DNA of 63,932 nt, filler included, from Aduncisulcus paluster (GCA_024181965.1; 21 parts of 21 records of this genome joined end to end with filler, not necessarily neighbours in it); one strand, 5' to 3'. Positions 11,550 to 24,454 are shown, counted from the whole stretch's first letter. The notes: generated from the sequence alone by a model not told the origin. A program made the numbers and translations.

Positions 11550-13334
11550 CCATTTCTAGCCACTCACATGCTGATTCTGGGTCTTCGGGATTAGATGAAG
11601 CTGTTGAGGTTTCTGAATACAGCGATTATTTCCCTGAAGAGTCGGAAGAAAGGGAAGAAAAAGAGGAAGAAGAGAAGAAAATGTTTGTGAAGGAAGAAAA
11701 GGAAGAGGAAAAGGAAGAGGAAGAGCAAAAGGAAGATGAGGAGGAAAAGGAAAAGGAAGAGGAAAAGGAAAAGGAAGAGGAAGAAGAGGAAGATCATAAC
11801 GATGATGAAGAAGAGAAAGAAGAAGAGGAAGAAGAAGAGGAAGAAGAAGATGAGGAGGAAGAAGAAGAAAAGATGGAGAAGATTGAAGAAATTATTAAAG
11901 TTGAATCACTTGATGAATCTCCAACCCACAATGCAGAAGTTATAGAAGAGAAAGAGGAAAGTGAAGAAAAGAAAGAACTAATTTCTCTTCCAAAAGAAGA
12001 GGAAGAAGAAGAGGAAGAGAAATGTAAGGAATCAGTTCGTCCCGTTAAAAAAGACCTTTCCTCCTCCTCCCCCCAATCTTTCTTGGCATTCTCTAGTACA
12101 TCTTTTGATCGGTTTGTTTCGTGTTGTCTTTTCTGTCTTTCCAATGCTCATACGTGTGTTTATGGATGTTCAGTCCCCTCTTACGACGATGACCATCCAC
12201 AATACTATTTATCTTGTCCACATATGTCTGTTTCTCTGCATTTGCATCTGTATAACCTATTCTTGCATACCTTTGTTCCCACCGGCACTAGGGCGGCATT
12301 GACCGTAAGCGCTGAATCCTTCATGACACAAGAAACCCAACGAAGGATTGACCTTGAACGTGAGACGATGCGCCGAAGTGTCACAATGGAAACCTCCAAG
12401 ACTGCTAAGGAAATAGATTTTACAAAGAGTATTGCTGTTGGGAACTCTCTTGCATCTTCAGTTGGTCCCAGCACTCCATCTGTTGAACCCTGTCTCATTT
12501 CGACATCATTGTCAAGATCTTCTCGTCAAACTGATATTGACGATCCTTCTACTCTCACACTGATGCTATCTTCCCTCTTCTCCTCAGCAATGAGTTCTCC
12601 TTTGAGGTTATCTATACGCTCTGAAGATTATGGAAATGTTATCGACACAATGATTTGTCCAGCCTTGGATGATGCTCTTCCAATCTCAATACTCTCCAAT
12701 CTGGTGACATATGTATGGCAGGAGCGTAGAGAGATACAGAGAAGGGGAGTAAGTGTATATTCTCTTGGGTATTATCCTTTGCATTCTTTGTTCGAACCTC
12801 TCTCTCAATCGTTCACATTCGATTCCGCATACTCTGGACTTTCATCAACTTCTATAAATAGCACTCCTTCTTTCTCGAATAACATTACTATTAATACTCA
12901 CACCAAACAGCGTCCTGTCATCCCTCTCTCTCTTGCCTCTCAACAATTGCCCCAGACCACACTACATACACATAACATTCGTGGTATTCGCGCCTCTACT
13001 ATTCCTTTCCCTCTCCCAGTGTCCTTACCCCCATTCAACACACAAGAAGTGAATTGCTCTTGTTCAGAACGTATTAATTTCAATGATGAGGCAAAAAGGA
13101 TGTTACATGCTTCTCCATTGACATTGGAAAATTGCACGAGTCTTGAAGGATCTGTCCTGAGCTCTGTTGCCATCAGTATCCAACGTATCATGGGAAATGA
13201 CGGAAATGCCATGTTTGAGTCGAGTGTCCACGCTCTCCGTGACTCTCTCAAGAAATTGTGTAAGCTCAGTCTGAACTGTACAACCATGTGCGTTGGTATC
13301 AGAGTCTGTGAAGGTGTATGTGAGAGTATTTGTG
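11550..13334 (+). CDS. Hypothetical protein with long poly-Glu tract (partial)
   Basis: Frame open across the whole contig; acidic tract at about 11690-12020 followed by Ser-rich sequence. Confidence 0.75.
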
Positions 13335-13434
13335 NNNNNNNNNNNNNNNNNNNNNNNNNNNNNNNNNNNNNNNNNNNNTTAATTAATTAANNNNNNNNNN
13401 NNNNNNNNNNNNNNNNNNNNNNNNNNNNNNNNNN

Positions 13435-13871
13435 ATTTGTCTAATCTTATTAAGATTGGCACTATCTTGTTGATTATTGGGGGATGCTGTGGTGCTATCG
13501 TTATTATTTTATTCCTAATTAGTATTTGTGATGTTGAAAGCTGCTTCAGTTCGTGTTCAAGTCTCTTCTATTCTTGCAAAACTAGTCATGAGAGGAAAAA
13601 AACTCAACGTGAGGAAGAAAGGAAAAAAAGGGCTGAGCAGAGACAGAGACAGCGTGCAATGCGTTCATACACCTACCAACCGGAATCAGAGTTGGGAGAT
13701 CAAAGAATTGATCTTGAAGATAGGTCCCACTCTCCTCTTTATCAACCTTCCTCACAACCCATACAGCCTCTCCCTGATGAAGTTGTTGCCCAGGGTGAAC
13801 AGGATGAAAGTGGTCAAACATTCATTCCTGTGAGTGTCATTCTTGCCAGAATGCAGGCTGGGGAAATGTAA
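13435..13871 (+). CDS. Membrane protein C-terminus (TM helix plus cytoplasmic tail)
   Basis: Hydrophobic IGTILLIIGGCCGAIVIILFLISIC followed by a basic coiled segment; stop TAA. Confidence 0.65.
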
Positions 13872-14248
13872 TGTAGGGCAATTTTAGAATTTTCATTTTT
13901 GTTTTGTTTTATTTTTATTTCTCACAAAATTGTAAAATTGTGACACCACATCTATAAGTCACTTATATCATATAAGTGGTATGATACCACGGTGGTCTTG
14001 GAACAGTAATAATATTGCAGTAAGAAACATCACCTGTTTCTTGCGCCATTTGTAGAAAGAATTTAATAAAAACTTCCTAATAATTTTCCTTATTTATATC
14101 ATTCACCAGTTGTTTTCGAGCGGGGCTGAAAATTATTGCGAATGAATCAAATAAAGGTTCGGGAAAAGGAAAACCCAAATCTATATGTGGTGACTCAGTA
14201 TCGGATGATCAGGATCTGGCATTGGAGTTGGAGTTGGGTGGAATGAAA

Positions 14249-14307
14249 TTGGAGTTGGAGTTGGAGTTGGAGTTGGAGTTGGAGTTGGAGTTGGAGTTGG
14301 AGTTGGA
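14249..14307 (+). repeat. (TTGGAG)n microsatellite, 9 full units plus a partial
   Basis: Directly visible; two more units at 14222-14233. Confidence 0.95.
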
Positions 14308-14802
14308 TTTGACTGCGGGGAAATGTCATGTTCCATGAAGCATCAGGGGATTAGATTCGTAGCAGTATACAGACACATATATACCATCATATTCCGAGTT
14401 CTTGATATTTTTGATTGTAAGCAAAGGCAAGTGAAAATGAAACAGAAAGGCAAGGATAAGGATAGAAATGAAATGGAAATATATCCATGTTATTGAATAG
14501 CATTGAAATCGTTCATAAATGTTCTTAACACGTGAAATGGAACTATATCCAGTCCTGAGGGTTCTCCAAAAGCCTGAGATATCGAGAATAAACACCATGG
14601 CATGGAAATGGAAATAAAACATGTTTTTATCATTTGTCAGCATTTAACTCGTTTATATGTGTGTTTTATAAATTCCCAATCTTATCTATTGAAGAGTTGC
14701 TTNNNNNNNNNNNNNNNNNNNNNNNNNNNNNNNNNNNNNNNNNNNNTTAATTAATTAANNNNNNNNNNNNNNNNNNNNNNNNNNNNNNNNNNNNNNNNNN
14801 NN

Positions 14803-15239
14803 ATATCGTCAAAGGCTTGAGGATCGCCATCATCATACAAAAATTCCTCTTCGTCGGCTTCTTCCAAGTATTCAAGGGTAACGTTGTCCAATATGTGGGT
14901 TGAAATAACTTCTTCTTCGATCGGTTGAATAAGCATAATTCTCTTCTCGATAAGAGGATACATCCTATATTTACATTCCCACAGGATATCCTGGAAAGTA
15001 TCAAGAGTGCCATGTTCAATCAGTATAGATGGACTACAACAACCGCATATAAAATCGGATGGCTTGTTGAATCTTTTATATGCGGATTTATGGAGGTTGC
15101 CAAGCGAACATCTACAATTTTGGCATAGTATGCGTATCTTTTCTTTCTCAAGTTCAGTGCGTGATAGGGAAATGTATCTATGACTTCTTGTGAAGTTTAG
15201 AACAGTACCATGAGAATATTTTGCTAAATAGTTCATCAA
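14803..15239 (-). CDS. Hypothetical protein with possible Zn-binding CxxC...CxCC, 3'-truncated
   Basis: CQNCRC and FICGCC followed by an acidic tail. Confidence 0.55.
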
Positions 15240-15283
15240 TTCAATAAATATTTTTTAGTTGTCAACAAAAAAAGGTTTTTTTA

Positions 15284-15883
15284 TTATTCTGGGTTTTCAG
15301 TCAATTCACTTGGACGTGTCACATCCAAATGAGCATATGTGGTGCTAGCTGGCAAGGATTCCAAAACAACTGTTGTTTTCCATGACTCTTTTCCATCGTA
15401 ATGTTCAATTTCTTTTCTATAGAGTCCTAAGGTTGAGCATGGGATCTTATATTTAATAATAAAATCATCCAGTACGCTTTTAGTTCTTTTCAGATAATTA
15501 TACTTATCTTCGCACTTTTCTTTGATTCTTTTTCGGTAGAAAGCCAGTATTTCATCCCTTAGGGATCTGGATAAGGGGGGAATCGTTCGGAGAATTGTTA
15601 TTACAATTAAATCTTTGGTTATTTCTCCCAAATGTCGTTTGGGGGCCACTTTAGACATTTCGAATTCTTTGTGGAGTAATTCCATTAAAAAAGAAAAAGA
15701 AATCATGTCGATGCATCTTTTTTCATCATCTTCAATATCGTCGATAAGATCAACAACGGCTAGAAAACTTTTTTCTGAAAGGGCCTTAAAGTCTTTTGTT
15801 AGGATCGGAAGTGATTCAGAAATTCTTCTTTTGATTGCGGTTATGTCCGTGTGAATAAGGCTTAGCCTTTGATCCTGGTCCAT
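15284..15883 (-). CDS. Hypothetical protein
   Basis: 199-codon ORF, tandem with the next ORF and 44 bp from it. Confidence 0.6.
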   Translation of the reverse strand: MDQDQRLSLIHTDITAIKRRISESLPILTKDFKALSEKSFLAVVDLIDDIEDDEKRCIDMISFSFLMELLHKEFEMSKVAPKRHLGEITKDLIVITILRTIPPLSRSLRDEILAFYRKRIKEKCEDKYNYLKRTKSVLDDFIIKYKIPCSTLGLYRKEIEHYDGKESWKTTVVLESLPASTTYAHLDVTRPSELTENPE

Positions 15884-16004
15884 TAGCTCGCAAGGAATCT
15901 AATCNNNNNNNNNNNNNNNNNNNNNNNNNNNNNNNNNNNNNNNNNNNNTTAATTAATTAANNNNNNNNNNNNNNNNNNNNNNNNNNNNNNNNNNNNNNNN
16001 NNNN

Positions 16005-18874
16005 TCAATGGATTCGGAAGGTTCGGAGGATTCTGAGGTGTCTCGTGATTCTTTCTTCGATCCTTCACTCTTCCGTGAATCTGCGACTTCCTCGCTCACA
16101 ACAAGACCACAATGCACACCACTACGGAAGATGGCACCTCGTTCAAGGGTCTCTTGGTGCACGTCTCCCTCTCCACAAAACAGACCACAGAAGGCAAGTC
16201 CAAGGAAACTTACACGCCACTGTCCAATGATCAACAAGGAAAGGAATCGTTCGGAAGGAAGTGGGTTGAACACAAATGAACCATGAGAATGGAAAGAACG
16301 TTCAAGTAAATCCAGCCAGAAATGATTGGGAGTGAACTGACAGTTAATGAAGGAAGAACCCATCGATCCACTTTCATACCATCTTGTCTCACTATACATC
16401 CGTGTCACACCCAACTTCTTGTAATGCTTCTCAGGAGCAGGTGCTCGGGGTGCTGGTTTGGAGGGCATGATCGAAGACATTCTCATTGAAGATGAAGACG
16501 AAGAAGCTGAAGGCATGGAAGCAAAACTAGATGGCGCCATTTTGCTTCGAGAATAATCACGTTTTCTACTCTTTTTGGATTTCTTTTTGGAAGAAGAGAA
16601 AAATGAGGCAGATTTCTTAAGATCGGCGGTTGCTATACACTTGTCAAAACACATTTCCATATTTTGACTAATATTTTGTCTAATAGATCTAATTTCAAGG
16701 GGAATATCGTCAAACATACTCTCTTCTCGTCTATCACGTAATAGACTTTGAAGAGTAGGTGGTGGAGGAGGTGGTGTTGGTGGTTTGACCTCGAACTCTG
16801 CACCTTTAAGCACAGTGTCATACAACTTGCCGATCTTCTTGCTTTCATCCTCACGATTCTTGAACACAGTGTCCCTTGTACGACCAATAAGCATGGGCAT
16901 TAAAGCATGCATAATGCCAACCATCCCCACAGCAGTGCCCTCTCCACACCTCTTCGATAACTCGAGCAAGGCATTTGATTTGCCCAAGAAATGAAGATAA
17001 CAATGTGCCCAATCAGCGACAAGGAACTGTTCAAAGAAAGGCAGCTTCAAGAACATGTTATAATTGAGATAAGGTGCGAATCCTGCAGCAGACCCTTTCA
17101 AGGATGTACAGATAGCACTTTTTATGGCAGACTCGCGCTCTTTGTGTTCTTCTGATGGAACAGCCTCACCACAGTGGACATGGAATGCTGGAGCACGTGC
17201 ACACAGCCACATATCAACAATATCCTTATCAAGCTTCGTGGACAAGATCGGGAGGATGTATTTCTGAGCGAAGGCAGGGCAATGCAAACAAAGGAAGAGA
17301 TTCGTCTCATGACAAGGATAACGGCGGTACAACTTCAATTGTTCATCCTCACTCATGTCACAGAATTTGGAGAACTCGGAATACTTCAGAAGTTTATGGT
17401 CTGAGTTCTGACAGGTCCGAGTGCTGAGCTCCCATGCATNNNNNNNNNNNNNNNNNNNNGCACACAGCCACATATCAACAATATCCTTATCAAGCTTCGT
17501 GGACAAGATCGGGAGGATGTATTTCTGAGCGAAGGCAGGGCAATGCAAACAAAGGAAGAGATTCGTCTCATGACAAGGATAACGGCGGTACAACTTCAAT
17601 TGTTCATCCTCACTCATGTCACAGAATTTGGAGAACTCGGAATACTTCAGAAGTTTATGGTCTGAGTTCTGACAGGTCCGAGTGCTGAGCTCCCATGCAT
17701 CTTTCACACTCTTCAGACAACGCACGCGGGCAGAGAGCACATCCGTCAAGGTATGTGAATGATCTTTCGCGAGCAGAGCAACACCTCGACGGAGAACAAG
17801 TTCACTCTCTGGGGTGTATGCGTACTTCAAGGATACATCGGTCCACAGTGGGTTGGATCCACATGATAATGAAACAAGCTTACGGGTGGAACGAGAGCCG
17901 CAGAAGCAAGTCACACAGCAATATCCATTCCCAGAAGAGGACAAGCATGACTTTGGAATGGCGATCTCAGCATGGACGTGGCCATCAACACAGTTGGATG
18001 GATCAAATGTCACAATGCAGCAATGTTTGACGGGAGATACATAACGGTATGACACAACATCACAAAGGGGTTGGCCCTGGCTGGTGGCACGTTCAAGGGC
18101 CCCTGCAGGCATAACAGATGTATTATCGAAATGAGAACGATTTAATAATGAAGATCTAGACCCCATTAACCCTCCATGATCAAACCCAAAACGATCTTCT
18201 TTTTCACATTCATCCCTAAATTTTCTGTGCCCGTGTCTCATTTTTTTCTTTTGTTCTTGCTTCTCACATTCAACTTTTGTAAACTTCCCTCCAGCACGGC
18301 TCTCAATATATTCAGCCTTGGCCTCACCCTCATTGAAAGGGCGAACAGTCAAGCCTGGTTTGGACATTTGGATGGACATGGGCTTGTCTGAATCGGAGAT
18401 ATGCTGACGATTTGAAACATATGCAACCTCATCAGGGACAAGCAATGCATCTTGTGAGAGGACAGAAGGTGAATCTACATGCACCTGTTTCCCATAATGC
18501 ACGGGTGATCCCATCCCTAGGCTTCGGTCATGATGAATCGGGGCAAAAGCAGTGAACGACACGATCACTTTGATGAGTGAGGAGGATAGCATAAACGGAG
18601 TCACATTTGGACCAGATACACCAACTCGGACTCGCAGATCATCATCGTCCGCATCACCTTCCTTTGGAGCAAGAGTTTCGACAGTGACCTCAGGTGGAGT
18701 GGTTGGATTGCATGTGATCTCATAGAATCTGCCATCGAAGTTACCCATCCAAAGAGAAGAGGAGGACTTTTCAGAACGAGAGTCATCAACTTCTTTTTCT
18801 TCTTCTCCTTCTTCTTCTTTTCCCAACTCCTCCTTTCCTTCTTCTTTATCCCCAGGCTTACTCACAAATGTGAA
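16005..18874 (-). CDS. Fragment of a large conserved uncharacterised protein (patchy bacterial/protist family); about 88 aa duplicated by an assembly gap
   Basis: Frame open across the contig. Motifs EDEQLKLYRRYPCHETNLFL..F..YILP.L..K..K.IVD.WL and YKKLGVT..YSET.WY..NHFWLD. Confidence 0.8.
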
Positions 18875-18974
18875 NNNNNNNNNNNNNNNNNNNNNNNNNN
18901 NNNNNNNNNNNNNNNNNNTTAATTAATTAANNNNNNNNNNNNNNNNNNNNNNNNNNNNNNNNNNNNNNNNNNNN

Positions 18975-19362
18975 GCGGGATAATCTCCTTCGGGTGGGAA
19001 GGAAGAGGATCACTTTCAACGACAACTTTCTGACGTGGCGGGGGGATGGGGCGTCGATATGGATGGAATTGGTTGTGGGAAGATCTTTGGGGATTGGAAC
19101 ATGAACCAAAATCATGATCTTTGTTATAAGTGCCTTCTTTAAATTCTCCATGGCTTTGTGGATGCTCTTGAAATAATTCAGTAACATCGGAAGCCGTTTT
19201 CATCTGCTGTTTTAGCTGAGCTCGCTTGAGTTTATCCTTTTGCTCTTGTTTTCTCTTTGCACTGTCAATTTTGGCTTTCACAGCAAATATATCAACTTGA
19301 ACAATTTTTGGCTGCTCGTCAGAGGCATATTCACTCGAATAATCTTCGGAATATTCAGACAT
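18975..19362 (-). CDS. Hypothetical protein, 3'-truncated (5' part re-assembled at 20166-20266)
   Basis: ATG ORF MSEYSEDY... running into the linker. Confidence 0.6.
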
Positions 19363-20776
19363 GGATCCAAAAATGAATGATTTTGATTTTCAATGATTGA
19401 AAATGAGTACTCTGGCGTTCTCGAATAAATATAATGCCAAAACCTGCACAACACAATACTATGGCGCATATTTCTTTTTCATAATGCACCTTTGAAGGAA
19501 TGAATAGCGGGAATACGCTTGGTTTGTTTGTTTGTTTTTGTCACACTTGCCGTTGTCCACATCCACGTATTACGCTCTAGCAATGCTAAGCATCTTTTTA
19601 TTGTCAATTCATTGGCTTGCATAATGATATTCCAAATTTGAAGTCTATTTCCAGTTCAAGACAAGTCAACTCTGTAGTCTGTTCCCATCAATAGTAATGG
19701 GGATGATATCTTCATCATAGCGATGGTCTCTTGTGTATATCATTCATTCTGGGACATTTTCATATTCATTTGTTGTAGTTCTGGAATATTAATATCCATC
19801 GCTTGGTCAGGACAAAAATATCCCGGGATGCTACAAAATGATCACTTTTCACATTTCGTGGCAATATTCGATGTTTTGGTTGATCTGAATCAGATTTCAA
19901 TATTTCCCTTGAACCAACATAAATATTCATAAAGATTTATCACTATCCACATGTAGTATATTGGTTGTTTAATGCTCTATTATGTTTATTTTGCAAGCGA
20001 TTCATTCGACGATCGTTTCCGAGAGCTTGAGGTGCATGGAACATACAAATACCTCATCTCTCTCTCTCTTCATGTTCATTTTCTCTATTACAAACAAACA
20101 TCGTTGTCATGTGTATGAAGTGTCCAATAATCACAAGCTTGACATNNNNNNNNNNNNNNNNNNNNCTGTCAATTTTGGCTTTCACAGCAAATATATCAAC
20201 TTGAACAATTTTTGGCTGCTCGTCAGAGGCATATTCACTCGAATAATCTTCGGAATATTCAGACATGGATCCAAAAATGAATGATTTTGATTTTCAATGA
20301 TTGAAAATGAGTACTCTGGCGTTCTCGAATAAATATAATGCCAAAACCTGCACAACACAATACTATGGCGCATATTTCTTTTTCATAATGCACCTTTGAA
20401 GGAATGAATAGCGGGAATACGCTTGGTTTGTTTGTTTGTTTGTTTTTGTCACACTTGCCGTTGTCCACATCCACGTATTACGCTCTAGCAATGCTAAGCA
20501 TCTTTTTATTGTCAATTCATTGGCTTGCATAATGATATTCCAAATTTGAAGTCTATTTCCAGTTCAAGACAAGTCAACTCTGTAGTCTGTTCCCATCAAT
20601 AGTAATGGGGATGATATCTTCATCATAGCGATGGTCTCTTGTGTATATCATTCATTCTGGGCAAGGACATTTTCATATTTCATTTGTTGCATAGTTGTTC
20701 ATTATTAAATATATCACTGGAAAAAACAATAATAAAGATGGATCTAACAGAGGAAAATATTCCTTATTCTGTATGC

Positions 20777-23700
20777 TCACCAAGTTCCAGAACTAAACCT
20801 TCGCTTTCCTGCTTCTTTCAGATTTGAATGGATTAGAAACAATTGCTTTTTCCTCATTTCAAGTCCTTTCGAATGCTCTGCAACTTCCTTTTCAAGAAGG
20901 GCGATCATTTGTTTCTGTTGAGCAACTTGGTCACGCAAAGAGGTGATTACATGCTGTTGCTGAGACATAAGTAGCTCACGTTCCTTCATATGGACAGATT
21001 GAACAGAGAGCAACTTTTGAATAATCGGACGAATCCACTGATAAACCTCCAGTTTACCATTTTCTATGCCTTCAACACTCCCACTTACATCCTTTTCTTC
21101 CTTAGGGTTTGACTCTTTTGACTCTTTTGATTCTTTAGACTCTTCCTCTTCTTCTTCTTCCTTCGATTTTGTGACCACACCTTTCACTTTCAGCTGACAT
21201 GCTCCTCCCATGGACTTTGTGGCCTTCAAAGCTTCAGCTTGGAGGATATCAGAAAAAAGCAATTCACGAACTTTTTCGATATAATATCGATAATTCTTCA
21301 ATTCCTTAATCTCATCGTGCCTTCGCTTTTCATAATCAATCCAGCGTTCTTCTATCTTGGTCCACTCTTTTTCACGCAATTCCTTTTTCTTGAGTTCTTC
21401 TTGAAAACGGGCTTGTCGCTTCTCTTTCTCCATATTCATTGCAAACTCGAGTGCTCTCTTGCGTTCTTCCTCTTCCCTTTTCAACTTGCGTGCTTCTTCC
21501 TCTCTCTTTTCTTCCTTCGATTTTGTGACCACACCTTTCACTTTCAGCTGACATGCTCCTCCCATGGACTTTGTGGCCTTCAAAGCTTCAGCTTGGAGGA
21601 TATCAGAAAAAAGCAATTCACGAACTTTTTCGATATAATATCGATAATTCTTCAATTCCTTAATCTCATCGTGCCTTCGCTTTTCATAATCAATCCAGCG
21701 TTCTTCTATCTTGGTCCACTCTTTTTCACGCAATTCCTTTTTCTTGAGTTCTTCTTGAAAACGGGCTTGTCGCTTCTCTTTCTCCATATTCATTGCAAAC
21801 TCGAGTGCTCTCTTGCGTTCTTCCTCTTCCCTTTTCAACTTGCGTGCTTCTTCCTCTCTCTTTAACTTTTGACGCCTTTCCTCAGCCTTTTGTCTTTTCT
21901 CCTCCTTCCTTCTGTCGCTGCTTCTCTGTCTCTTCTCATAGATAGTCAAGGTCCTCGACTCATCTTGCTCGCCAGTGGTCACATCTGAACTCGGAGACGA
22001 GGAAGAAGAAGAGGAAGAGAGACTCCGTGGAAATATATCTTGAGTTTCAGAGTCAGGCTGTGATTGTGAAAGCAATACAGACGTTTCTGGTAATGACACG
22101 GTATTGTCTTTGTCTTTCCCTTTCCTCTTGCTTCGCTTTGATTTTGACTGAGTTCCAGATACTTGATCAGATTTGGAACTATGAAATGTAGACACTGCAG
22201 AAGTGTTGTAACCTTTCCGCTCTGATTCAAGAACAGTGTGCTGCTTGCCTTTTTTTTCTGGTAATGATTCACTTGGACTCGAGGTTTTGATAATTTTACC
22301 TGTTTTTCCACAATAAACTGTCCGATTTCCTTTCTCTTGAATTTGATGGAAGGGTCGAATTTCATCTTCNNNNNNNNNNNNNNNNNNNNTTCGCTTTGAT
22401 TTTGACTGAGTTCCAGATACTTGATCAGATTTGGAACTATGAAATGTAGACACTGCAGAAGTGTTGTAACCTTTCCGCTCTGATTCAAGAACAGTGTGCT
22501 GCTTGCCTTTTTTTTCTGGTAATGATTCACTTGGACTCGAGGTTTTGATAATTTTACCTGTTTTTCCACAATAAACTGTCCGATTTCCTTTCTCTTGAAT
22601 TTGATGGAAGGGTCGAATTTCATCTTCGGTTCGGCCTTCTCCTTTTCTCCACCTTACATCAAGATCTTTTAACATTTTAATTTCAGATACACTGCGCCGC
22701 GGTCTTTTTTTACCTAGGATTCCTAAATATTTCTTCCCCGAAATGGGTTCCATTTCCTCAAACTTGATGCCACTGAGTACAGCATATGCATCACCATCCC
22801 AATTATCCTTTATAAATATCTGAATCTCAGTTATATTGCGTATTCTAATATCGTAGAGATACCATCTCCCACGTATAGGATCCACAAGACCATCATACCG
22901 AAGAGTGACCACACATGGGTTGCCACGGTCATCAGAATAGGACACTCGCATTGAGAAGTTCCTTGGAGTGTTCCAAACAATCCTATTTGAGGCATTTCTG
23001 AACAAAAGAGTCTTGATATCGACTGGTTGAGAGAACCTAATGTAACAGCAAGTGAAGTAAATCAAGAGACTTTTACATGAGAGGAGATGTCGAAGCCTAA
23101 TAAGGGGTGATCCAGCACCATTGTAAAGGTCTATATAGGAAGTTGGGAGAAAGATACAAAGCGGAAGACCCATCCCACCTATACCATATTTGCGAATAAC
23201 TTTTCCCTCGGATGATGATGTTGGACGTTGAGCAGCAATTCCTTCACCAGATGATGTCAAGTCAAGGATAGAGTTTGTTGGGACTCTTCTCCTACCCTGT
23301 TCTTGATTGTCTCCTTCTTCTCTATCAACAGTCTCAGTCTCAATAGCTCGATCAATTTCCTTCTGAGCATGTACAAGAGACTCACGTAAATATCGCCCCA
23401 CTTTAGCTTTCTTTGCCTTCTCGCTCTCTATAACGATCTTTCTCAGCTTTGCTTGGGAAGGTGTCTGGGACTTTCCTTGTAATATATGGATTGGGGTGGC
23501 ATCTTTTTTCTGAACTTGAAGCTTTAGACACGATATTAGGGCTTCATGATCACCTCCAAATGTTGTAATATTGCCAATCTCAAAACATTTCACACTATCC
23601 AGTCCAATGTAGGCCCGATTCCAGCGTCTGTGTGGATATTCAACACTGAAGCGGAATAAATGGATCTGTCCATCGCTATCCTCAACCCTGATATCAAGAT

Positions 23701-24454
23701 TCTTTATCAAAAGATCGAGGGATTTCTTCAAAATAAGTCTAAAATAGACGTAATCAATGGATTTACCATGCATATCTATCCGAAGGGTATGTATTTGCAA
23801 TACATCTCGACTAGAAACATTCTGAAGTGATGAGGCATGCTCAATCTCCCCAATTCCAGATACATCCTTGTCTTCATAGAGATACAAAAACTCACATCCG
23901 CTTCCTTTCCGACGCGGCGCATCCACTTCACAATCACAATCACGAAGAATGGGAGGGCTAGTTGGGACCAATGGCATGAATCCATCCTTTGTTTTTTGCT
24001 GGATAAACATAATTGAGGAAAGACCACACTTATCGGAACCATCAAAAGCTGTCTTGGGAGAAATAAGAATAGATTTCACATTGGCAACAGGGAAAACACA
24101 CCGATACCATCCATCAAATTGTTGCTTTTTTATCTCAAACTTCTTAGAAATTATGTCATTTTCTGTTGTAGTACAAAGAATCTCCACCACACGAGGAATG
24201 GCATCCGTTTGAAATATGTCCTTGAATTTCTGGGCTAAGCAAATATACTCAATGTTTATCCCATCAAATTGAATAAGAACACTCTGAAAAAGTGAGAAAA
24301 AATGTTTTTTCTTAAAGAGACGTCGAAGATCTCGAAGTGGAGCTCCGATTCCAGTAATGGATTCAGTTCGCGGAATAATGACACATTCTGGATCATAAAG
24401 TGATTCTGATGATTGGTTGTCATCGTATTGGACTTCAATGGGAGAGTCAATCAT
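20777..24454 (-). CDS. Large protein with about three N-terminal beta-sandwich-like repeats and a C-terminal coiled coil
   Basis: 1225-codon ORF, inflated by a gap overlap and a 354-bp duplication. Repeated pattern F..I.F..I..I...P....I......F......W......V..I.I....FDG.....LS.I.F. Confidence 0.8.
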   Translation of the reverse strand: MIDSPIEVQYDDNQSSESLYDPECVIIPRTESITGIGAPLRDLRRLFKKKHFFSLFQSVLIQFDGINIEYICLAQKFKDIFQTDAIPRVVEILCTTTENDIISKKFEIKKQQFDGWYRCVFPVANVKSILISPKTAFDGSDKCGLSSIMFIQQKTKDGFMPLVPTSPPILRDCDCEVDAPRRKGSGCEFLYLYEDKDVSGIGEIEHASSLQNVSSRDVLQIHTLRIDMHGKSIDYVYFRLILKKSLDLLIKNLDIRVEDSDGQIHLFRFSVEYPHRRWNRAYIGLDSVKCFEIGNITTFGGDHEALISCLKLQVQKKDATPIHILQGKSQTPSQAKLRKIVIESEKAKKAKVGRYLRESLVHAQKEIDRAIETETVDREEGDNQEQGRRRVPTNSILDLTSSGEGIAAQRPTSSSEGKVIRKYGIGGMGLPLCIFLPTSYIDLYNGAGSPLIRLRHLLSCKSLLIYFTCCYIRFSQPVDIKTLLFRNASNRIVWNTPRNFSMRVSYSDDRGNPCVVTLRYDGLVDPIRGRWYLYDIRIRNITEIQIFIKDNWDGDAYAVLSGIKFEEMEPISGKKYLGILGKKRPRRSVSEIKMLKDLDVRWRKGEGRTEDEIRPFHQIQEKGNRTVYCGKTGKIIKTSSPSESLPEKKGKQHTVLESERKGYNTSAVSTFHSSKSDQVSGTQSKSKRXXXXXXXEDEIRPFHQIQEKGNRTVYCGKTGKIIKTSSPSESLPEKKGKQHTVLESERKGYNTSAVSTFHSSKSDQVSGTQSKSKRSKRKGKDKDNTVSLPETSVLLSQSQPDSETQDIFPRSLSSSSSSSSPSSDVTTGEQDESRTLTIYEKRQRSSDRRKEEKRQKAEERRQKLKREEEARKLKREEEERKRALEFAMNMEKEKRQARFQEELKKKELREKEWTKIEERWIDYEKRRHDEIKELKNYRYYIEKVRELLFSDILQAEALKATKSMGGACQLKVKGVVTKSKEEKREEEARKLKREEEERKRALEFAMNMEKEKRQARFQEELKKKELREKEWTKIEERWIDYEKRRHDEIKELKNYRYYIEKVRELLFSDILQAEALKATKSMGGACQLKVKGVVTKSKEEEEEEESKESKESKESNPKEEKDVSGSVEGIENGKLEVYQWIRPIIQKLLSVQSVHMKERELLMSQQQHVITSLRDQVAQQKQMIALLEKEVAEHSKGLEMRKKQLFLIHSNLKEAGKRRFSSGTW
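21161..21860. repeat. 354-bp (118-aa) tandem duplication
   Basis: CTTCGATTTTGTGACC recurs at 21161 and 21515; the copies look identical. Confidence 0.92.

Noticed and set aside
14222..14307. (TTGGAG)n as a telomere
   Set aside because: Short, internal and flanked by unique sequence; an ordinary microsatellite.
17180..17720. Apparent internal protein duplications around 20-N gaps (17440, 20146, 22370, 24587, 26528, 41024, 51374)
   Set aside because: Near-identical sequence on both sides of each gap indicates unmerged scaffold overlaps, not biological repeats.
21161..21860. 354-bp perfect tandem repeat as a functional repeat (likewise 162 bp at 3043-3380)
   Set aside because: Apparently identical copies of the same size as the gap overlaps in this assembly; likely a closed-gap artefact until reads confirm.
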